Shown here: in pieces, positions 56,990 through 64,000 of the stretch
How the letters are laid out: each line of letters starts with the position of its first letter
Position numbering within the stretch: position 1 is the stretch's first letter
Assembly (NCBI GenBank): GCA_000708835.1
Contig: DF237335.1
Coordinates: forward strand, 23,880 to 87,879
Direction of reading: 5' to 3'
Length of the DNA stretch: 64,000 nucleotides
DNA from: Klebsormidium nitens
Taxonomy: Eukaryota; Plantae; Klebsormidiophyceae
The notes under the pieces: generated by a model
Told to the model about the DNA's origin: nothing
Seen by the model: the letters and a program-made list of their open reading frames with translations, nothing else
Databases searched by the model: none
Translations under genes and position numbers: made by a program

Positions 56990-59470
56990 TTAAGCCGATG
57001 AGATTAGTAAAGTTGGGTCAGAAGCCCAGGATCCGTCCCAATGAACTTCGTCGACTCTTAAACGGATTTCTTGCAGCCGTTTCTCCAGCTCACTCCTTGT
57101 TGGAAAGATCAAGCCGCGACCACTGGTGTCTTTGTAACCTTCCAGTCCAAGTGTCCGTTTGATCCGACCAATCAAAACGTCTTTTTGTTGCGGCGGATCT
57201 TCTTTCGCGCCTTGATTGTCTACGAAGGACCTGTAAGTTCGGAAGATGGTGGCGCTTAGCACCTTCGTCTTCTTATCTGATGAGAAGTTACCGTTGTCCA
57301 GCAACCCGCAAATCATCTTCGCCCAAAATGGAATCGAGTGCTCCCTGAGAGCAGAGCTCCACTTGCTTTTCGGGATCTGCTTGGGGTTCCAAGTGTCGAT
57401 GCCTTCTCTTGACATCAAGTACCGGTAGAAATGTTCAGCTGTAGTGCTAGTGAGGCTTTCACAAAGCCGATCAAAGTACGGTTGATCTCCGATTCTAGAG
57501 TCGGAGGCTTCAAAGCATGCATACCTTCTGTCCGTCGCTTCTTTCTTTATTGGCCAGTCCTCGTTAGTATTGAACCAGTAGTTTGCAAGGTCGGGTACTT
57601 GAAGGGGATCGATTCCCTTCTTTTCCAAAATGGTTGAATTCTGGGTGATTAGACTCTTGAGTCGATTATTTGATTTGTATGCCCCACCCCAACTGCTTAC
57701 TTCATCGAAGCATACCAAGAGGAGGTTTGCAGCTATTCCATTGAATTTGCCAATTACCTTCTCCATATCATTACAGTACAGATAGTATCGAGATCCGATG
57801 ACATGTTTCCCCACAAAATCGGTCACAATCGATTTGCCTGCGCCCTGATCAGACCTAAACACAAGTGCAGTACCAATCTTCTTGTGCGGTTTTTGCACAA
57901 GGTGAGCTAACCAGTTTAGAAGGTAGTCCGCTACAGCAGGATCATTGTCCGCCAATACCTCGTTGATATGCTTCAGGAGAAGATCGATTTGTAACATGTC
58001 AACAGGTTGATGCGCTTCTTGAACGAAGGGAAACCCGTAAAACATGTTGTAGTTGCTAGGAGACACCAAACTAGGGTTCGCTTCAAAGACTACCTTGTTG
58101 AGCGTCCTTCTCGCTGATGACTTGCACCAGACCTTCCCAATGTTGCCAATCTTGAGACTGTCCAGGTTGAATGATTCGGACCGTTCCAGGAACTCCGCTC
58201 TTGTTCGAAGGATGCTGTCATTTGGCACCCATGCAGTGCCTCTTTCAACGAAAAGGGTCTCGATAAAGAGAACTTTTGAGCTGCCGTCTAGAACGCAGAA
58301 GTAGTGGTTCATCGTATCGATAGCAATCTGTGTGAGTTGTTGGCACATGTTTTGATACGGCACTTTGTCGACATTGCTTTTGCTGCTTGATATGATTCTC
58401 TCCGCTTCCTCGATAGGGCGCAGATCAAAACGTGCTTTGGAGTTCAAAAGCGAAGGCCAATGGTGCAGCCCGAGAAGAACTCTTGGTCGTTCTTTGCATC
58501 CTGTTGACAGGCAGCGGTATTCCATGCAAATTCCGTTGCAGATGATGCTAAAACTGTTGCTCGTGTGTTCCTCTCGGTAAGGACAAACCCTGCTCTCCTT
58601 CACTCTGAACTTTAAGATGGCTTCCCCATCTCGAAACTTGATGCCTCTGTAGAAACTTGTTTGATCGTTGCATCTACTTCGCAGTAGCTGCGTTGCAACT
58701 TGGATTGCCTTTTCGGCCTCGATGGAAGAGGTCGCTTGCTGAGACGAGAGTTCTGTGGTAGTTGTCTGTTTTGCTTTTGCTTTGCTCACATTTGATGTAT
58801 TATTGCTGGGGTGTTTTGCCGACCCCTGGGCAGCTTGCTTTGTGGAGTCTTGAGCGTTCAAGATATCTACGAGCCACAACGGAAGGCAGGCAAGCTTCGT
58901 TTGCCAAGGGGACCTTAGCCATCTGTATGAATGCTCTTCACCGTCACGAATGATGGTAGTGGGGGGTGCGAAGCAGATGCCATTGCCTCTGAAATCGATT
59001 GTCGTTTGGCTGGAGTTGATGTATAGCTTGGTCGCATCTGCCTTTCGTTCAAGCCCGGGAGAATCTGCTCGAAAGTAGTAGTGCAAACCGCCACTCTGTG
59101 TTTCGGCTGTCCACGTGAGAGGTTCGCCGTGTGCTTGTGTCAAGCTTTTCCAGACATCAAGACCATTAGCGACGGCATTGCTTTCATTCATCTTGGGCAA
59201 GTCGATATCAACCATGATAATGCTATTTGGTCCCGTTCGTCCGCAGAGAAGGGCAAGGGCATTCTTGTCGGAACAATCACGAATAAGATCTTCGTGCAAC
59301 CCCCAAGAAACATCATCCACGATGCTTGAGTATAAGCATCTAAAGTTACTTGCGTCTTTCTTCTTATCCACTTTGTTCCATGTAAGCTTGAGCGTAACCG
59401 GCAGGAGATGAAGGCTCCGATACGATGAGATGCTTTCATTGAGGTCCGGATTCATTTTAAAGCTGGGCAC
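56990..59470 (-). CDS. Bifunctional primase-polymerase (Prim-Pol) + Zn motif + SF3 (D5-like) helicase, intronless, 826 aa (first ATG 59455)
   Basis: IIMVDID, AETQSGGLHYYF, IDFRGNG..FAPPT; CPYREEH...C...C; Walker A SDQGAGKS, Walker B VCFDE, motif C YWFNTN, DRRY. Confidence 0.9.
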   Translation of the reverse strand: MPSFKMNPDLNESISSYRSLHLLPVTLKLTWNKVDKKKDASNFRCLYSSIVDDVSWGLHEDLIRDCSDKNALALLCGRTGPNSIIMVDIDLPKMNESNAVANGLDVWKSLTQAHGEPLTWTAETQSGGLHYYFRADSPGLERKADATKLYINSSQTTIDFRGNGICFAPPTTIIRDGEEHSYRWLRSPWQTKLACLPLWLVDILNAQDSTKQAAQGSAKHPSNNTSNVSKAKAKQTTTTELSSQQATSSIEAEKAIQVATQLLRSRCNDQTSFYRGIKFRDGEAILKFRVKESRVCPYREEHTSNSFSIICNGICMEYRCLSTGCKERPRVLLGLHHWPSLLNSKARFDLRPIEEAERIISSSKSNVDKVPYQNMCQQLTQIAIDTMNHYFCVLDGSSKVLFIETLFVERGTAWVPNDSILRTRAEFLERSESFNLDSLKIGNIGKVWCKSSARRTLNKVVFEANPSLVSPSNYNMFYGFPFVQEAHQPVDMLQIDLLLKHINEVLADNDPAVADYLLNWLAHLVQKPHKKIGTALVFRSDQGAGKSIVTDFVGKHVIGSRYYLYCNDMEKVIGKFNGIAANLLLVCFDEVSSWGGAYKSNNRLKSLITQNSTILEKKGIDPLQVPDLANYWFNTNEDWPIKKEATDRRYACFEASDSRIGDQPYFDRLCESLTSTTAEHFYRYLMSREGIDTWNPKQIPKSKWSSALREHSIPFWAKMICGLLDNGNFSSDKKTKVLSATIFRTYRSFVDNQGAKEDPPQQKDVLIGRIKRTLGLEGYKDTSGRGLIFPTRSELEKRLQEIRLRVDEVHWDGSWASDPTLLISSA

Positions 59471-59486
59471 CCCTCTATGGTAAGTA

Positions 59487-59765
59487 CTAAGGAAAATAAT
59501 TCCCGGAATCCGGACGCGTCAAAAACTTGCCTTCTTGCACATACCCGGCAACTACAAGCTTTGCCATGGTGGAGGGTCGAAGCCTCTTGCCTTCGGAATA
59601 TCGAATTAAAGCTTTGCGTAGACATATCTCCACTTTAGCTTTGCTATAGTGCTTACGAGACCAATCTCTATATTTGTCGAGATTCGAATGTCGGTAGCGC
59701 GCTTCATACAGCCGCCGGTGATGGTTGGGATTAGGTTCTCTTGTGTCTAAGATTGACTCAGCCAT
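59487..59765 (-). CDS. Small basic hypothetical protein (92 aa), likely paralog of 53711-54124
   Basis: YRDWSRKHYSKAKVEICLRKALIRYSEGKRLRPSTMAKL; lies directly upstream of the Prim-Pol gene on the same strand. Confidence 0.6.
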   Translation of the reverse strand: MAESILDTREPNPNHHRRLYEARYRHSNLDKYRDWSRKHYSKAKVEICLRKALIRYSEGKRLRPSTMAKLVVAGYVQEGKFLTRPDSGNYFP

Positions 59766-60103
59766 ATCAACGTGCTTTACTCTCTACCCTATGAAAAAGA
59801 AGATACTTGAAGGTCTCCTGACGAATCAGTAGATTCACCATGACGTCTGGACACCTCGACCGCTCGCTATTTTCTCATGTGAGGGGATTTCTAAAAAGGG
59901 ATTCCCACGACTTGAAAACAAGTGCCAAGGTGTCCATGGTGCCAGAGACTTGAGAGTCTGCAGTGCGATCATGTTGTTGACCATTATTATACAAGTATAT
60001 TAAAGAGGTGCCAGTAAGTGTCCTGACTCCGCCCCCACATGAACGAGAGCATCCCACACGCTTGCGGAAAGCTCAACAGCTATCAATCAATGTACACAGT
60101 CTA

Positions 60104-63100
60104 TCATCTATACAAGAGAGCTGCGCGAACTGCCGGCGACCATAGTTTGACTCTGCCAGCAATTTTAATCTTCTGGTCATCAACACGTGTCAATTCTGCG
60201 TTGCGCCCGCTTACTACATTAGCTAGAATGATCATGAATGCCTCAAGACCACTAAACCAAGATAGCACCTTGAATTTGATCAGGAAGGAGTTGACGCTCT
60301 CGACGGCACTAGTATTCACCCAACGTACAGTGTCGTATAAATCAGGGTTATATTGGGGGCCACACTTGTGCGCCTCCTGGCCAGTCTTCTGGAAGTGGAA
60401 CCTGCAGAGTGCAGTATCGAAGCATTTTACTAGATGCACGCATACATCTTTTCAGAGGCGGTTGCTTTGAGCACACATTAGTATGAGCCATCAAACAAAA
60501 GAAATAACTCTAGATGAAGTGCCAAAGTATTCTCATTGAAATGGAGCCTTGCAATCTCTGCCGTCCAGGTTTTGCAGATTAGATGCATATATAGAAAAGA
60601 CAAAACGTGGACGGCGACTTGTTCTGTTCCCAAGCTTAGGCACGTGCCTCGACTGTCGCAAGTTCTGAGAGTAAAGCATCTGGGGCTCTAAGATCTTTTG
60701 CCGTCCAGCTTTTGCAGATGAGATGCATATATATAAACGACAAAACGTGGACCGCGACTTGTTCTGTCCTCAAGCTTAGGCACGTGCCTCTCGACTGTCG
60801 CAAGTTCTGAGTCCAAAAAGTTGATTATCTTGTCCTAGATCAACGACCAGTTCGCAAAAGCATGGACGTATTTGCGGTTTACACACTCACCGGTCGATCA
60901 GAAACCGTACGTCAGCAAAGAATGCAGGCTCTCGCCTCATACTGTACGCCCTCAGCTTGCACGAATTATCGTAGATCACATAAGAAGGCAGTGTGTGCCG
61001 GTGGAGGCGGGTGTACAACACCGCGAACGGATCACGAGGACTCTCCCCCCGGAGCATCACGTGCCAGCCGTAGATCACCCTGTGAGGGCAGCAGAACACA
61101 AAGCCCCCCTTTGTATGCTTTTGCAGCCGCTTGCCCGCTTTCTCACTCTTGGCAGCCGCAACCTTGGCATCATATTCCCCGACCGTGAGACCGCTTTTAC
61201 AGCGGTGCTCCTCGCTGCTTTCGACGGCCCGACCAAGCTCATCCTCGAACGGCTTGTACTGGGGCAGGGGCCGCTTCTGCTCCCAACCGGGAAGGGGATA
61301 GCAGCCGAGCACAGTCTGCTCTCGGCTGTACGGGTGGTTTTCGGGGAGCGCTTCGAGGAGCCGTCCGTCCCCGGAGAGCCCTAGCCGATCGTGCAGCAGC
61401 TCGCGCTCGGCTTGGTTAAGAGCATACACGGAGGGGTTCGGTGGCTGCAAAGCCTCGACACCGGGAAGCAGCCTGTTCGCTCTCCCTCTCTAGAAGTTGT
61501 AGCTCTCCTCTCGCTCCTCGTTCCAAGACCCGGGGACGTCCCGTCGCAACTGTAGCAGCCAAACGCAGGCATCCAACCCCTCGATAGCAGACAGCGCCCA
61601 TCCGGCTCGACCGACCCCCAGCCCGACCGCCCCGCGTCCGAACAACGTCAGCCGGTACAAGTGGTGCAGCGTGGGGAGAAAGAAGGCCGGAAACACTCCG
61701 TCGTGGTTGTCCAGCAACCGACGAAGGATGGGCGCATGCTCGGCCAGCACGGCCTTTCCCCCCTCGTCTGCTGAACCCTCCAGAAGGATCGTCCGAACAA
61801 CAGCCAGAGCCGCTCCATGCTGGATCAGGTTGCTGTCGTCAGCGACGGTCTGAGGGGCCCCCAGAGCGTAGAGCACTTCCGCCCACCACTTTCGCGGCGA
61901 ACGCACTCGACCGGGGTTGACGCCCGAAGCAGCAAGGGTCTCCCCCCGGATCCCCTCCAACAGCAGCCGTGCAGCTCGGTTCTTCGATCGGATCTGCCCG
62001 ATCTGCTCCTGCAGAAGGCGCCTCCTCTGGACAGTGCAGCAGGACGGGCTCGGCATCCGCATCGTCGGGGTCGGGGACGAACTCCGAGACGAGCTCCACA
62101 TCATCGCGATCTAACGCAACCTAGGTAGAAGTCAAGAAGTCAAATTCCCGGAGATGATCAAGTGGGCATCATCTGAAAGGCGCGTTTAGATTTAGGTCGA
62201 CAGTGCTAAAAGATCTCGTGTCAACCTCTTAAGTCCCACTGCAACAACCTCGGCTAAGCATTAGAAGGATTCATCGCGCCTATACGGAGCAGACTGGCAT
62301 CGAACAGCGTGCGCAACTTGCGCTCAATCGCTCCAAAGTCGACGTCAGATTCAACACCATGGTTGCCACAAAGACTGAAAAGCTCCGCAGTTTGAGTTTA
62401 GGATAAATAACTCTGCTTGAAGGAAGTTGCGCCGTGCACATTTGCCAGAACTCTAGCAGTTTGAGCGAGGATCTCGTCCGTTCAGCGTGGGGAGGAAATG
62501 GTCTGGAGCCACCTTCTGGCACCTTTGATTATCACTTATAAAGTAAAAATGTATATAGGATTGGTATACACTTTTTCAATGGCCTGGCACCATGGCACCT
62601 TGGGCACCTCATTTTCAATCATGGAACTTTCAATTCACAAAAACCTGAACGAAGAAAAAACAAGAGGTGGTGGTGTCCAGGGTGCCATTGGGTGAGAACC
62701 TTACAAAGATATTTTTGGTCACAAGCATGATCCGTTCCACCTACCAGCAGCTCTTGGAATTCACTCCCACTCAGCTGCGCCCCCAGATCCGGGTCCTTTG
62801 GATGATGTTGGCTGTACCGCGCCAGCAGAGCCCGCAGCTCCGGCTGGTGGATCAAGCGCCGCTTCAGCCCCCGCCCCTCCAGCGCAGTCGCACTGAAGTT
62901 CACACCGGCTTCCATGTGCTTCACGACGGTCCCCCCCAAACTGTCACGACTCGGAGCTGTGAAAGGCCGGAGTTCGCTTGCCGCCGTCCGCGCCAGCCCC
63001 CCTTTCGATCGGCTACCATCCGCGCACGCTAGCCCGACAATACCGTCGCAGAGCAGAACGTCTGGGTGAGGCCCGCAAAGGCTGCAGCACTCGAGGATGC

Positions 63101-64000
63101 TTCGCCCACACAGCCGGAAGAAGGCCAAGCAGACCTTCCGCCACGACTCCTCGCTGAGAGAGGGAGCGGCTCCCGGTGAGAAGAGCGTCCGAACCGCCTT
63201 CTGTGCGCTGATCAGGGCGCTGAACGCGGATCCGGTCCCTTGAACCGAACGGAGCAGGAGCTGGCAGGACTCTTGCGTGACGATGATGGCTCTGCTCCAC
63301 GCATACAGGCCAAGCGCTTCCCCGTTGAAGTGGACGGTGTGCTTCAACGGGCATCCGCAGCAGTAGATCCGGACCTTGACCTGCGAGGATGTGCGCGCGC
63401 TTAGCCAACGTCCGTCCACGTTCTGTCATTCATATATGTGTGTCTTTGATGCAAAACCTGGATAGCTTTTTGAAGCTCCGCACTCGAACAAGAATGCGCT
63501 CAAAACGTCGTCCAGTTTTTGCCAAGAGTGCGCGCTCAAGTCGCCGTCCACGTTTTGTCATTTATATATATGTGTCTTTGATGCAAAACCTGGACAGCCT
63601 TTTGAAGCTCTTCGCTCAGATAACCGTTTGGCAGTTTCTGCGAATTTTTATACCTGTCTCATATGCAAAACCTGAATTGCACCAATCGGAACCGGACACG
63701 TGGCAACGCCTCGTGCGGACACGTGGCAGGCACCCTCACCTCAAGCTGAGAGCTCTCAATCTCAGAAAGCTGCAGTAAAAACGAGCATCTTCTCACTTTG
63801 ATCTGGCAGAAGTTTGCATCACGTACCTCTTGCGACCATCGCAGCGAATGCACGCATGCGCTCTGCAGCAACGCCTGCCACGCGATGCCACAGGGAGCCA
63901 GCCCGGGCTTTGGGCAAGGTGCAGACAAGCACCCCGCGGCGCTCAGCTCCTCGAAGTCCCTCTGCACGAGCACGCTCACTCTCACGGGCCGCCGCATCGG
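60104..64000 (-). CDS. KDZ (Kyakuja-Dileera-Zisupton)/HMGXB3-like transposase with a cysteine-cluster domain; spliced, 5' end beyond the window; one in-frame TAG at 61490-61492 and an unresolved junction near 62010
   Basis: Exons >64000-63827, 63380-62745, ~62124-60891, 60401-60104. Motifs: CSLCGPHPDVLLCDG, GGFVFCCPHRVIYGWHVMLRGESPRDPF, YVIYDNSCKL, FLIDR|FHFQ...HKC, NTSAVESVNS. Confidence 0.82.
60563..60752 (-). repeat. Two 50-bp boxes (60563-60612, 60703-60752; 140-bp unit) in the last KDZ intron
   Basis: gtccag(g/c)ttttgcagat...gacaaaacgtggac; inverted copy of the 47270-47535 block. Confidence 0.9.
63414..63677 (+). repeat. Two 50-bp boxes (63414-63463, 63546-63595) and one degenerate copy (~63628-63677) in a KDZ intron
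   Basis: gtccacgtt(c/t)tgtcatt...gatgcaaaacctgga(t/c). Confidence 0.9.

Larger units (their letters stand above)
39280..64000. mobile_element. Composite virus-like/transposon-like region (two primase-helicases, tyrosine recombinase, KDZ transposase, PIN RNase, shared palindromic boxes); ends not defined
   Basis: The gene content is listed below. The 50-bp box family and intronic inverted repeats link the modules, and no host housekeeping gene is visible in the interval. Confidence 0.65.

Noticed and set aside
42360-59765. Bacterial contamination explaining the intronless genes
   Set aside because: They are interleaved with spliced genes and flanked by the same box family. Not fully excluded without long reads.
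53700-60040. Capsid protein or PolB of a Polinton-like virus
   Set aside because: No ORF of suitable length or motif (jelly-roll MCP, A32 ATPase, PolB) is visible in the window.
55895-61492. TAG reassignment (alternative genetic code) to explain the two in-frame stops
   Set aside because: The DUF1118 gene and the spliced helicase gene both end in TAG at plausible C-termini, so TAG is a normal stop here.
40388-63677. 50-bp boxes as a CRISPR array or integron attC sites
   Set aside because: Copies are dispersed, in both orientations, separated by exons, and no cas genes are present. They lack the RYYYAAC/GTTRRRY attC ends.

Overview
Eukaryotic nuclear DNA with GT-AG introns, most likely from a streptophyte green alga (Klebsormidium-like; inferred from DEK1 + NTRC + DUF1118, not proven). 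1-21 kb holds three spliced host genes: the N-terminal membrane part of the DEK1 calpain (minus, runs off the left edge), a DUF1118 (RIQ-like) thylakoid protein (minus) and, head-to-head with it, the complete chloroplast NTRC (plus). A 749-bp foldback element with a TTAA/TA target duplication lies between DEK1 and the DUF1118 gene. 22-39 kb has no gene I can identify, but it carries small repeat families, including a six-copy AGCRATGATWGC+hairpin motif. 39-64 kb is a virus-like/transposon-like composite region. It contains: a duplicated promoter plus three exons; an intronless bacterial-type VapC/PIN RNase; a spliced ~1350-aa PrimPol-type primase + Zn-finger + UL9-like SF2 helicase gene; a compact intronless cassette (tyrosine recombinase, Prim-Pol/SF3 helicase, small ORFs); and a spliced KDZ-family transposase running off the right edge. 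Tying this region together are about 16 copies of an imperfect palindrome, 13 of them exactly 50 bp long (12-bp arms, 26-bp AT-rich spacer). Nearly all sit in introns, they occur in both orientations, and I did not find the motif in the host genes. All family calls come from motif recognition by eye; no database search was run.
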